In this document: piece by piece, positions 19,364 through 28,934 of the stretch | Position numbering within the stretch: position 1 is the first letter of the stretch | Layout of the letters: every line of letters begins with the position of its first letter | Source: an uncultured Bacteroides sp. | GTDB taxonomy: Bacteria > Bacteroidota > Bacteroidia > Bacteroidales > Bacteroidaceae | Direction of reading: 5' to 3' | DNA: 64,000 bases | NCBI GenBank assembly: GCA_963666545.1 | Contig: OY762899.1 | Coordinates: 3,288,365-3,352,364, forward strand | Notes under the pieces: model-generated | What the model was told of the DNA's origin: nothing | The model's input: the letters and a program-made list of their open reading frames with translations, nothing else | The model's database searches: none | Program-made: the position numbers and the translations under genes

Positions 19364-19371
19364 CAAAAATA
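19364..19371 (-). promoter_or_regulatory. -7 box (TATTTTTG on the minus strand) for the MFS gene
   Basis: The plus strand reads CAAAAATA, ~40 nt upstream of the ATG at 19324. Confidence 0.45.
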
Positions 19372-19540
19372 CGCATAATTTGATGTAAGTCAACTACAAA
19401 AATTGCTTAATTTAGTGCATAAATTGACCGAATAGCAGTTAATTAGCCCAAATTGGCCCCAAAATCGTTTGCGTACACGGAAAGGATAAAATATCCACCT
19501 TTTCAATCGAATTTTGCACAGTTCTTCAAAAAAGACTTGT

Positions 19541-19548
19541 TATCTTTG
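19541..19548 (+). promoter_or_regulatory. -7 box TATCTTTG for the GH105 gene
   Basis: TAnnTTTG match 40 nt upstream of the ATG at 19588. Confidence 0.5.
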
Positions 19549-19587
19549 TCTGATTACAATAAATCTATTACCTAAATACAAAAACAA

Positions 19588-20805
19588 ATGATGAATAAAC
19601 AGCTTTATAAGTTACTTCTTGTTGGGGCGTTTTTTTGCTCTTCACAATTGGATGCTCAAAAGGTGAATGATCAGTCTCCATGGTCTGTTCGCATGGTTCA
19701 GTCGGAGATGGTGCGTTGCCCGGAATCATGGCAACTCGATTTTCAAACCAGCCTGAAGTGGGATTATTGTCATGGACTGGAACTTCAAGCTATGCTCGAT
19801 GTGTATGATGCTTATGGCGACAAAAAAATCTATGATTATGCTTTGGCCTATGCCGATACGATGATTAACAAAGAAGGCAGTATTAAAACTTATAAGTTAG
19901 ATGAATATAATATCGATCGCTTGAACTCCGGCAAATTTCTTTTTCGTATTTACGAGCAATCGAAAGATGAAAAATATAAGAAAGCAATCGATCTGCTCAG
20001 AAGTCAACTCGATACGCATCCCCGTAATGCGGATGGCGGTTTCTGGCACAAAAAGATTTATCCTAACCAGATGTGGTTAGATGGACTCTACATGGGAAGT
20101 CCCTTTTATGCGGAATATGCATTTCGCAATAATCGTCCGCAAGATTATAAAGATGTAATCAATCAATTTCTTACTGTAGCTCGCCATACGTATGACCCTA
20201 AAAACGGATTGTATCGTCATGCTTGTGATGTTAGTCGCAAAGAGATGTGGGCCGATCCGGTTACGGGGCAGTCAGCTCATAGCTGGGGACGTGCGATGGG
20301 ATGGTATGCTATGGCTTTCGTCGATGCTCTTGATTTTATTCCTAAGCACGAAGTTGGACGTGATTCCATGCTAGTGATACTTAATAATATCGCTACCCAA
20401 GTGAAGAGGTTGCAGGACCCAGCAACCGGACTTTGGTATCAGGTACTCGACAAGAGTGGTGATAGAGGCAATTATCTGGAATCTTCTTGTTCTACTATGT
20501 TTGTCTATACACTGTTTAAAGCTGTGCGTATGGGATATATTGATCAGTCTTATCTGGAAGTAGCTATAAAAGGGTATAAGGGAATCTTGACTAATTTCAT
20601 AGAAGTGGATAAAGATGGGCTTGTAAATATCACAAAGGCATGTGCGGTTGCCGGACTTGGAGGAAAGAACTATCGTTCGGGAGATTATAATTATTATATC
20701 AATGAAACCATTCGCAGCAACGATGCTAAAGCTGTATCACCTTTTATTATGGCTAGCTTAGAGTGGGAACGCTTGCAACGAGCTGGTTGTAAACTCACTA
20801 AATAA
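19588..20805 (+). CDS. unsaturated rhamnogalacturonyl hydrolase (GH105, YteR-like)
   Basis: 405 aa with a signal peptide. The (alpha/alpha)6-type sequence resembles YteR/YesR, with WxDGLYM and HSWGRAMGW segments. Pectin gene context. Confidence 0.82.
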   Translation: MMNKQLYKLLLVGAFFCSSQLDAQKVNDQSPWSVRMVQSEMVRCPESWQLDFQTSLKWDYCHGLELQAMLDVYDAYGDKKIYDYALAYADTMINKEGSIKTYKLDEYNIDRLNSGKFLFRIYEQSKDEKYKKAIDLLRSQLDTHPRNADGGFWHKKIYPNQMWLDGLYMGSPFYAEYAFRNNRPQDYKDVINQFLTVARHTYDPKNGLYRHACDVSRKEMWADPVTGQSAHSWGRAMGWYAMAFVDALDFIPKHEVGRDSMLVILNNIATQVKRLQDPATGLWYQVLDKSGDRGNYLESSCSTMFVYTLFKAVRMGYIDQSYLEVAIKGYKGILTNFIEVDKDGLVNITKACAVAGLGGKNYRSGDYNYYINETIRSNDAKAVSPFIMASLEWERLQRAGCKLTK

Positions 20806-20813
20806 CAAAAGAT

Positions 20814-21767
20814 ATGTTGAAACAATTAATAGGAATAACACTCCTTATTCTCCTCTTTGGTATTTCTGTAAAGGCGCAGCAACAAGATACGGTGGTAGTG
20901 GCTCGTGACGGAACAGGGAAATATCGGACTGTTCAGGAAGCTGTAGAAGGTGTGCGGGCATTTATGGATTATACAGTCATCATCTACGTAAAGAACGGAA
21001 TCTACAAAGAGAAATTAGTGATACCCTCGTGGGTGAAGAATGTAGAAATTGTAGGAGAGAGTAGTGAAGGTACAGTTATTACCTATGATGACCATGCCAA
21101 TATTAATAAGATGGGAACTTTTCGCACCTATACGGTTAAAGTAGAAGGAAGCAGTATCACTTTAAAAAACCTGACGATAGAGAATAATGCAGCACAATTA
21201 GGTCAAGCTGTGGCTTTACACACAGAAGGTGACAAGTTGAGGTTTATTAATTGCCGTTTTTTAGGTAATCAAGATACGATATATACCGGTGCCGAGGGAA
21301 CTCGTCTGTTATTTACTCATTGTTATATAGAAGGAACCACTGACTTCATTTTTGGTCCTTCTACTGCTCTTTTCGAAGACTGCACGATTTATAGTAAGCG
21401 GAATTCTTATATCACAGCTGCTTCTACACCTAAAGAGGTTGAATTTGGTTATGTTTTCAAAGACTGTAAGCTAACAGCTGCCCCGGGGGTGGATAAAGTC
21501 TATTTAGGTCGCCCTTGGCGTCCGTATGCTGCAACAGCTTTTATTCATTGCGAGATGGGAAAGCATATTTGCTCCGCAGGATGGGAGAACTGGAAAAATA
21601 CCGAGTATGAAAAAACAGCCCGCTATGCAGAGTCAGGTAGTACCGGTGAAGGAGCTAATGTGTCAGATCGAGTAAAATGGAGCAGCCAGTTATCTAAGAA
21701 AGAAGCCCTCCGATATTCTATTGGAAATATATTTAAGAATTGTACGGACTGGTGTCCTGCTAAATAG
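20814..21767 (+). CDS. pectinesterase (CE8)
   Basis: 317 aa with a signal peptide and the CE8 motifs GQAVAL, FLGNQDT, GTTDFIFG, LGRPW. Confidence 0.9.
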   Translation: MLKQLIGITLLILLFGISVKAQQQDTVVVARDGTGKYRTVQEAVEGVRAFMDYTVIIYVKNGIYKEKLVIPSWVKNVEIVGESSEGTVITYDDHANINKMGTFRTYTVKVEGSSITLKNLTIENNAAQLGQAVALHTEGDKLRFINCRFLGNQDTIYTGAEGTRLLFTHCYIEGTTDFIFGPSTALFEDCTIYSKRNSYITAASTPKEVEFGYVFKDCKLTAAPGVDKVYLGRPWRPYAATAFIHCEMGKHICSAGWENWKNTEYEKTARYAESGSTGEGANVSDRVKWSSQLSKKEALRYSIGNIFKNCTDWCPAK

Positions 21768-21809
21768 TTGTGGAGTCTTTTTTATATCATAAATCGATAT
21801 TTACACATA

Positions 21810-22712
21810 AATAATAGAGTTTAGTCTTTGACCATTCTCATGAACTTGGCACTTCCAATTGCATGTTCCATTCGTACCCGAATACTGGAAAATTGCCTGT
21901 TGAACTCTTTTTCTTCTTCAGAAAGTGTCTTTCCCTTTTTTTTCTTGACGGGTTGTATGACCGTCACCTTTTGGGGTGCATATCCTTGATATCCAGTGTC
22001 CTGATACAGGATGCAAGGAACCGAAAAAGAATACATCGTGTCTGCCATCTTCTTGTCATGTGTTTTACCGCAAACGGTTTGGCTGACAAAGATAATCAAA
22101 CAAGACACAGTAATCACCACGGCATTCTTTACTGTATGACGTTTCTTTTTCCCGCTGTATTGCTCTTTCTGTTCATCAGAGTCGACAGGGCGGGGAATCT
22201 CCCTTTCAGTGCCGTCATGAAGCAATACAGGCTCAACAATGCCGTCCTTAGATAATTCAGACAAGCGAGCGGAAAGTTCTTTGTCCGTCTGTGCGGGCAC
22301 AAGACCCATTGTCTGAAGGCCCAAACGGAGAATATGGCTCAAAGAGTGTACAAAAGTGTTGCAATGTTGTTGACCCATCCCGAAACAGGCGGCATGATAC
22401 TCTTGCAGAGGGTTATTCTTCAGATACACAAGAATAAAGAAAAAGCGTTCCGGAACATCAAGCAATGGGCTGTTCTTGTAGATACAGAAGCTACGGCGGT
22501 TACTTCGCCGTTTGCCGTTGAGTTCATATTCAGACAAATAATCATCATGAGCCGCCTCAAAATAGGGAAGCAAATGAGAATATTGAATATGGGTCAAGCC
22601 TGTCAAGGCACGGAAACTTTTGAGGTTATCTTTATGCTCTTTATAATTCATGATACAAAAATACACGCATACGCGATATATAACAAATCTAGTCTATATA
22701 AACTCTATTATC
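21810..22712 (-). mobile_element. ~0.9 kb insertion sequence, IS5-like (DDE_Tnp_4 / Harbinger-type transposase)
   Basis: 14-bp terminal inverted repeats, AATAATAGAGTTTA (21810-21823) and TAAACTCTATTATC (22699-22712), with 13/14 complementary. Each end is flanked by TA (21808-09 and 22713-14). One transposase ORF fills the element. Confidence 0.6.
21821..22651 (-). CDS. DDE transposase (DDE_Tnp_4-like)
   Basis: Candidate DDE triad in LLHDGTE, YQDTGYQGY and RVRMEHAIG, with an N-terminal HTH-like region. The ATG at 22651 gives MNYKEHK...; the ORF track extends to a GTG at 22666. Confidence 0.8.
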   Translation of the reverse strand: MNYKEHKDNLKSFRALTGLTHIQYSHLLPYFEAAHDDYLSEYELNGKRRSNRRSFCIYKNSPLLDVPERFFFILVYLKNNPLQEYHAACFGMGQQHCNTFVHSLSHILRLGLQTMGLVPAQTDKELSARLSELSKDGIVEPVLLHDGTEREIPRPVDSDEQKEQYSGKKKRHTVKNAVVITVSCLIIFVSQTVCGKTHDKKMADTMYSFSVPCILYQDTGYQGYAPQKVTVIQPVKKKKGKTLSEEEKEFNRQFSSIRVRMEHAIGSAKFMRMVKD

Positions 22713-22837
22713 TACGTCCGATACCTCAATCTCAGATTGATGCAGTGACTAATTTCTCGACTGTAACAGGAGAAGGTTTCTGGCAGAATACTGGTTATTG
22801 ATTTGAAGTAATCAATTAGTCTTTCGAAGATATAAAA

Positions 22838-22873
22838 AGAAGAAGATGATTATTCGTATAGTCATCTTCTTCT
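22838..22873 (-). terminator. terminator of the cupin gene (12-bp stem AGAAGAAGATGA/TCATCTTCTTCT)
   Basis: Perfect 12-bp stem. On the minus strand it is followed by TTTTTA. It lies 33 nt after the stop at 22906. Confidence 0.7.
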
Positions 22874-22905
22874 TTCAATATCATCAAATATTTGAGTCAG
22901 AGTTG

Positions 22906-23250
22906 TTATTTTCCAATAAAGTCAGCTCTCATCGGACTAAAGCAGTCGATGAGTATCCCTGCCTCGATACAGACACAACCATGCTCGGCATCAGGAGCAA
23001 TATAAATACCATCTCCAGCTTCTACAATGCTGGTTTCTCCATCTACTGTGAACTCAAACTTGCCGCTTGCCACATAAGTGGTTTGGGTATGATAATGACT
23101 ATGTAGAATACCTTGCGCTCCTTTTTCAAATTTCACTTTTACAAGCATTACTTGTCCATCGTAACCCATAATTTGGCGAACAACTCCTTCGCCTGCAGGT
23201 TCCCATTCTTGGGCTTTCTCAAGAATAAATTTATTGCTACTTGTCTTCAT
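22906..23250 (-). CDS. kdgF: cupin-domain protein, KdgF-like (pectin degradation)
   Basis: ~114 aa from the ATG at 23250. Cupin metal motif GILHSHYHTQ...PDAEHG. A -7 box (plus-strand CAAATATA at 23281-23288) sits inside the longer ORF and supports the shorter start. Pectin gene context. Confidence 0.68.
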   Translation of the reverse strand: MKTSSNKFILEKAQEWEPAGEGVVRQIMGYDGQVMLVKVKFEKGAQGILHSHYHTQTTYVASGKFEFTVDGETSIVEAGDGIYIAPDAEHGCVCIEAGILIDCFSPMRADFIGK

Positions 23251-23448
23251 TGTTTCTTCTTTTACACTTTCTTTTGAGTTCAAATATACAAACTTATATT
23301 TTAATGAGATGCTATGCATCCACTTTCTGGATGCAAAGAACTAAAATGGGTTGAATAACTAATTTTTCCACTTGTTCAAACGTTTTTTGCACTTCGTTGC
23401 CAATGATTCTTTGTAATATTGCAATGTGAAACTATAACATCGACAGAA

Positions 23449-25176
23449 ATGAAGAATAAACTTGCGTTACTGATAGTAACCTTTTTCCTTTTTTCGGCTT
23501 TCAAAGCGGATAAGCCGGTAATTACTATTTTTATGATTGGCGACTCGACCATGGCAAATAAGAGTCTGACTGGGGGCAATCCTGAACGGGGTTGGGGGCA
23601 TGTGCTGCCGGGCTTCTTTAGTGAAGACGTTGTTATCGATAATCATGCTCAGAATGGGCGTAGCTCTAAAAGTTTTATAAGCGAAGGACGATGGGAGAAG
23701 GTTATTTCTCAGGTGAAGAAGGGAGATTATGTCTTCATTCAGTTTGGACATAACGATGAGAAGAAGGATAGCATTCGGCATACTGACCCGGGAACGACTT
23801 TTGACGCAAATCTGCGTCGGTTTGTAAACGAAACGAGAGCAAAAGGTGGTATACCTGTGCTTTTTAATTCTATTGTTCGTCGCAACTTTGTTCGCCCGCA
23901 GGATGAAGAGATAAATAAAGATACTCGCAAAGTGCCGGGACAGGAGTCCCTTCCTCAGGAGGGTAAACAGTTATTTGATACACATGGAGCTTATCTGGAA
24001 TCTCCACATAATGTGGCTAAAGAGTTAGGAGTGGCTTTCGTGGATATGAATAAAATTACTCACGACTTGGTTGAGAATCTGGGACCGCAAGAGTCGAAGA
24101 AGCTTTTTATGTGGGTACCAGCTAATACGGTACCTGCTATACCACAGGGACGTGAAGACAACACTCACTTAAATATATATGGTGCTCGTGTGGTAGCTGG
24201 TTTGGCTGCTGATGCGATTGCGAAAGAGGTTCCTGCATTGGCTAAGTATGTGCGGCATTACGATTTTGTGGTGGCTAAAGATGGCAGTGGTGATTTCTTC
24301 ACTGTACAGGAAGCGATCAATGCAGTGCCCGATTTTCGCAAGAATGTTCGCACTACTATTCTTGTTCGCAAGGGTGTATATAAAGAGAAGTTAGTGATTC
24401 CTGAGAGTAAGATTAATGTTGCGCTCATTGGCCAGGAGGGTGCTGCGATTTCTTATGATGACTTTGCCAGCAAAAAGAATCGGTTTGGCGAGGAGAAAGG
24501 CACTTCCGGTTCCGCTAGTTGTTATGTTTATGGCCCTGATTTCTATGCGGAGAATATTACTTTCGAGAATACTTCCGGTCCGGTGGGGCAGGCGGTGGCT
24601 TGTTTTGTGAGTGGTGATAGAGCCTACTTTAAGAATTGTCGCTTCCTTGGTTTTCAAGACACACTCTACACGTATGGTAAAAACAGTCGTCAGTATTATG
24701 AAGATTGCTACATTGAGGGAACAGTCGATTTTATCTTTGGTTGGTCTACTGTTGTGTTTAACCGCTGCACTATTCATAGCAAGCGTGACGGCTACGTCAC
24801 CGCTCCGTCTACAGACCAAGGCAAAGCTTATGGATATGTGTTCTACGATTGTAAGCTGACTGCCGATGAAGGAGTAGGGAAGGTTTACTTGTCTCGTCCT
24901 TGGCGTCCGTATGCACAGGCGGTTTTTATTCGTTGCAATCTGGGCAAACACATCTTACCTGTAGGATGGGATAATTGGAACAAGAAGGATGCGGAGAAAA
25001 CGGTCGTATATGCGGAGTATGAGAGTACAGGTCCCGGAGCAAATGCAAAAGCACGTGCGTCCTTTTCTCGTCAGTTGAAAAATCTGAAAGGATATGAACC
25101 GGAAAAAGTACTTGCAGGAAGTGACGACTGGAATCCGGTGAAAAATGGCAATGCCTTGTTTGAAATTAAACGTTGA
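23449..25176 (+). CDS. fusion of SGNH/GDSL rhamnogalacturonan acetylesterase-like domain (CE12) and pectinesterase (CE8)
   Basis: N-terminal half has the SGNH blocks IGDSTM, GHND and DNTHLN. C-terminal half has GQAVAC, FLGFQDT, GTVDFIFG and LSRPW. The ATG at 23449 gives the signal peptide MKNKLALLIV... Confidence 0.85.
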   Translation: MKNKLALLIVTFFLFSAFKADKPVITIFMIGDSTMANKSLTGGNPERGWGHVLPGFFSEDVVIDNHAQNGRSSKSFISEGRWEKVISQVKKGDYVFIQFGHNDEKKDSIRHTDPGTTFDANLRRFVNETRAKGGIPVLFNSIVRRNFVRPQDEEINKDTRKVPGQESLPQEGKQLFDTHGAYLESPHNVAKELGVAFVDMNKITHDLVENLGPQESKKLFMWVPANTVPAIPQGREDNTHLNIYGARVVAGLAADAIAKEVPALAKYVRHYDFVVAKDGSGDFFTVQEAINAVPDFRKNVRTTILVRKGVYKEKLVIPESKINVALIGQEGAAISYDDFASKKNRFGEEKGTSGSASCYVYGPDFYAENITFENTSGPVGQAVACFVSGDRAYFKNCRFLGFQDTLYTYGKNSRQYYEDCYIEGTVDFIFGWSTVVFNRCTIHSKRDGYVTAPSTDQGKAYGYVFYDCKLTADEGVGKVYLSRPWRPYAQAVFIRCNLGKHILPVGWDNWNKKDAEKTVVYAEYESTGPGANAKARASFSRQLKNLKGYEPEKVLAGSDDWNPVKNGNALFEIKR

Positions 25177-25514
25177 TTTTTTGCTCCGGAAATTTGCTTT
25201 TCGGACTGTCATCTTTGTATTGTTATGGATAACGTACATTCAAATTAAAATAGAGTTAGAATAGGGAGCCATAATATCAGAGCTAAGTTGCCCGATGCGG
25301 CTAACTCATGGACAGCTATGTGCTATTTTGTGAAAAACGTGAAGAAGTTCCTTGGAGAACTTCTTCGTGCCTTGCTTTTTGTGATGAATATATTGATAAA
25401 TCAAGACAGAATTCCAACTAAAGTTATTCTGGTGAACAGATTAGACTATTATTTAATTTTGAAGAGGGCATTTATTCAGTGAACTCTAAATAAATAATAT
25501 TATAGTAAATTGTA

Positions 25515-25553
25515 AAAGGTCGATATTCCATAATCTGGTATTGACCTTTTTTT
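25515..25553 (+). terminator. intrinsic terminator-like hairpin (AAAGGTCGATA / TATTGACCTTT followed by a T-run)
   Basis: 11-bp stem with one G-T pair, followed by a T7 run. It lies 340 nt after the esterase stop and 135 nt before susC. Confidence 0.55.
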
Positions 25554-25615
25554 ATTAAAAACAATATTTCTACATGAAAAATCAATAAATCCCATTTCTA
25601 TTTTGTTAATAAACG

Positions 25616-25623
25616 TATCTTTG
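25616..25623 (+). promoter_or_regulatory. -7 box TATCTTTG for the first susC-like gene
   Basis: TAnnTTTG match 65 nt upstream of the ATG at 25688. Confidence 0.5.
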
Positions 25624-25687
25624 TGTTCGATAACGGGTTCTCATAAGCCTTTGTCACCTATTAATAACTATAAAAAATACAAAATCT

Positions 25688-28600
25688 ATGAGTAGAAAAA
25701 CACTTGCTAGAAAGGCAATTGCGTCTCTGTTTATGAGTATGCTATGTTTGCTTTCTTATGCACAAACCCGACAGATTACGGGATTGGTCACAGATGCTAA
25801 TGGTGAAGCCATGATTGGAGTGAATGTTACTGTGATTGGAACCACCAACGGAACCATTACCGATATCGATGGAAACTATTCTCTATCTGTAGCATCTAAT
25901 GCTAAACTTCAATTTTCTTTCATTGGTTATCTTAGCAAAACAATTGAAGTAGGTACCCAAAAACAAATCAATGTTAAGTTAGTGGAAGATGCCAAGAGCC
26001 TCGACGAAGTGGTGGTAGTTGGTTATGGTACGATGAAGAAAACAGACGTAACAGGTTCCATGTCTTCTGTCTCTTCTGAAAAATTGGCTGCTCGTGGAGT
26101 GCTCCGTGTAGAAGATGCATTACAAGGATCTGTTCCGGGAGTCAACATCACACAGTCTAACAGTCGCGCTAACGGAGGATTTAATATCCAGATCAGAGGT
26201 CAGGCTTCTATTAACAACTCAAGTGGTCCACTTTATGTTGTTGATGGTATGGTTGTATCCTCAATTGATTTCCTTAATCCCGAAGACATTGAACGAATTG
26301 ATGTATTAAAAGATGCGTCATCTACAGCTATTTATGGTTCTCGAGCTTCTGAAGGTGTTATCATAATTTCGACTAAGGGGGCTGGTGTAGGTCAAAACAA
26401 GGCTCAACCTGTTGAAATTAGTTATGACGGTTATTATGGTATCCGTAAAGTGGCACGTATGCCTGATTTTATGGGAGCTACAGAATGGATGGACTATCGT
26501 TTCGCTCGCTACACAACAACAAAGGGGCCTAACGATGACGGGACCATTAAATATCTTATTACAGATGCTGATCTTCAGTCAGTGTTCCAAAATGGTACAG
26601 AATGGAAAGAGTCTCCTTTATATAGCGCATGGCAAACCAATCAAGGTTATGATTGGGCAGGTCAAGTATTGCGTACCGCATCACAACAGAATCATTTCAT
26701 CAGTGCAACAGGTGCTACTGAAAAAACGACTTATCGTTTAGGAATGGGATATCAAGGTGAAGAAAATGTTTTCAAAAAGAACGATTATAATCGTTTTAAT
26801 ATCAAAGGGTCTTTTGATAGTAAATTATCAAAAGTAGTAGAAGCAGGTATGTCTGTTAATTTGGTACACGATGTACAGAATGATTGGATTACAGATAGTT
26901 CTAATGCATACTCTCCTTATAATAATGCCTTTTGGTTTGCTCCGGTCGTTTCACCATGGGATGAAAACGGTAACCTCTTAGCCATTCCTGCAAAAGTAGG
27001 TAAAATGTCTTTGACTTCTACTCCCTCTCCTTTGGTTGACTTCGATATTGATGCTTACGAAAATGAAACTCGTAAGTTCCACGTCTTCGGTAATGCCTAT
27101 TTGCGATTCAATATCATGGAAGGTTTGAAGTTTACGACTACTTTTTCGCCGAATTACTACCATGGTCGCCAAGGTGTCTTCATGGGCACAGGTGTTTCAG
27201 AGAAATATCCATTGGGAACTGCATATTATCAAAATAAAAAGTATAATAACGCATCCGTTACTAATACAGAACGTTTCGATTGGACTTGGGATAATCAAAT
27301 AGACTTCAGCAAAACTTGGGGTGAGCACAGATTTAGTGCAATGGGTATGTACTCTTTATATGCCACAAATAAGGAAACTTATGCGCAGACGGTTACCAAT
27401 ATTTCTGATGATAAGCTGTCGTATCATGCTATGGAGAAAGGTTCAGGTAGTAAAGATCTCAACTCTTCCTATACTGAATCCTCTCTTGTCTCGGCAGCAG
27501 CTCGTTTGAATTATGCCTACAAAGAACGTTATATGGCTACTGTAACGGTACGTACCGATGGGTCATCGCGTTTTGCAAAAGACAATCGCTGGGGTTGGTT
27601 CCCATCAGCAGCTGTTGCATGGAGAGCTTCAGAAGAAGACTTTTTGAAAGATATAGAGTGGATTGACAACTTGAAACTTCGTTTGTCTTATGGTGTTACG
27701 GGTAATAATAACGTAAGCGATTATGTTACAGCTTCTTCTGCATCCGGTCCTAGTTATGCTGTTATTGGCGGGCAAGAATATCAAGGGTATTATGCCAACG
27801 GCCTTATTGATAAAGGTCTGATCTGGGAAAAAATTAAAGAGTTTAACTTTGGTGTTGACTTTGCAGTTCTTCAAAACAGAATAAGCTTGACTGCCGATGC
27901 TTACCGACGTTTATCAGACGGACAAATAATGAAAGCTACTGTTCCATTGGAAACAGGCGAGAATTCTATTACTACCAACATTGGTTCCGTTCAAAATACA
28001 GGTATAGAATTAGGATTGAATCTGGGGCTTATTCGCAATCAAAACTTCACTTGGGATGTAAATCTGTCATTTGCCCGTAACTGGAGCAAGATAAAGGAAC
28101 TTCCTAACGGAGACGATGTGGCTAACAATTGGTTTGTTGGCGAACGCTTGAATGTATTGCGCGACTATACCAGTGCCGGTATCATAACTACCGAAGGGGT
28201 TACCATGAATACAATCAATGGAGACCGTCATTATACGCTTCAGGAAGTTTATGATACTTTCGGACCGAAAAGCAAAAACAAGCTGAAATGGTATGAAGGT
28301 CAAATGGCTGTGAATGATTGGAATGACGACGGTGTTATTAACGATGATGACAAACAAATTTATGGTTGTACAGATCCCAAATGGACTGGTAGTTTAAGTT
28401 CTTCCATGGGATATAAAGGTTTTGATTTTTCATTTATGCTTTATACCAAACAAGGGCAATGGTCTCGCAGCTATTTCCACGAACAATACCAAGACTATAA
28501 TGACCGTGGACGTCAAAAGATGAGTTTTGATTATTATATCCCGGCAGGAACTCCTGTAATGGACAAAGAAACCGGTGAAGTTACTGCTCTTGCAGAAGCA

Positions 28601-28912
28601 CACATTGGTTCGAGCCCTTATCCTAACAATACTGAGAAGACCGGTGGCGGTTATTACAGTTCGAGTAGTGCATCTGTACGCTATCATAAAACATCTTTTG
28701 TGAAAGTGAAAAACATAACCTTAGGTTATACATTTCCGAAGGCATGGTTGAATAAAATAGCCATGAAGCATTTGCGTCTTTATGTTAATGTACTCAATCC
28801 TTTCTGTTTCACTGATTACAAAGGCTTCGATCCTGAATGGGCAAGTGCAAACTTAACTGACGGAGGACCTGCTTCTGTAACTTATCAGATTGGTGCAAAT
28901 ATTAAATTCTAA
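25688..28912 (+). CDS. susC: SusC/RagA-family TonB-dependent outer-membrane transporter
   Basis: 1074 aa. Signal peptide, carboxypeptidase-regulatory-like N-domain (ITGLVTDANGEAMIGVNV), plug (VVVGYGTMKK...DIERIDVLKDASSTAIYGSRA) and a C-terminal beta-barrel ending in F. Confidence 0.92.
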   Translation: MSRKTLARKAIASLFMSMLCLLSYAQTRQITGLVTDANGEAMIGVNVTVIGTTNGTITDIDGNYSLSVASNAKLQFSFIGYLSKTIEVGTQKQINVKLVEDAKSLDEVVVVGYGTMKKTDVTGSMSSVSSEKLAARGVLRVEDALQGSVPGVNITQSNSRANGGFNIQIRGQASINNSSGPLYVVDGMVVSSIDFLNPEDIERIDVLKDASSTAIYGSRASEGVIIISTKGAGVGQNKAQPVEISYDGYYGIRKVARMPDFMGATEWMDYRFARYTTTKGPNDDGTIKYLITDADLQSVFQNGTEWKESPLYSAWQTNQGYDWAGQVLRTASQQNHFISATGATEKTTYRLGMGYQGEENVFKKNDYNRFNIKGSFDSKLSKVVEAGMSVNLVHDVQNDWITDSSNAYSPYNNAFWFAPVVSPWDENGNLLAIPAKVGKMSLTSTPSPLVDFDIDAYENETRKFHVFGNAYLRFNIMEGLKFTTTFSPNYYHGRQGVFMGTGVSEKYPLGTAYYQNKKYNNASVTNTERFDWTWDNQIDFSKTWGEHRFSAMGMYSLYATNKETYAQTVTNISDDKLSYHAMEKGSGSKDLNSSYTESSLVSAAARLNYAYKERYMATVTVRTDGSSRFAKDNRWGWFPSAAVAWRASEEDFLKDIEWIDNLKLRLSYGVTGNNNVSDYVTASSASGPSYAVIGGQEYQGYYANGLIDKGLIWEKIKEFNFGVDFAVLQNRISLTADAYRRLSDGQIMKATVPLETGENSITTNIGSVQNTGIELGLNLGLIRNQNFTWDVNLSFARNWSKIKELPNGDDVANNWFVGERLNVLRDYTSAGIITTEGVTMNTINGDRHYTLQEVYDTFGPKSKNKLKWYEGQMAVNDWNDDGVINDDDKQIYGCTDPKWTGSLSSSMGYKGFDFSFMLYTKQGQWSRSYFHEQYQDYNDRGRQKMSFDYYIPAGTPVMDKETGEVTALAEAHIGSSPYPNNTEKTGGGYYSSSSASVRYHKTSFVKVKNITLGYTFPKAWLNKIAMKHLRLYVNVLNPFCFTDYKGFDPEWASANLTDGGPASVTYQIGANIKF

Positions 28913-28934
28913 CTACATTAATACGATTAAGGAT

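Noticed and set aside
22334-22801. 155-aa plus-strand ORF.
   Set aside because: It is antisense to the IS transposase and crosses the IS terminal repeat. It is a shadow ORF.
24391-24951. 186-aa minus-strand ORF, plus several 60-100 aa ORFs inside the CE12-CE8 gene.
   Set aside because: They are antisense to or out of frame with a gene whose complete SGNH and CE8 motif sets are intact.
25288-25482. 64-aa ORF (TTG start) in the susC upstream spacer, considered as a real CDS.
   Set aside because: It has no recognisable motif and a non-ATG start, and it runs through a perfect hairpin. I kept it only as a possibility inside a finding, not as a feature.
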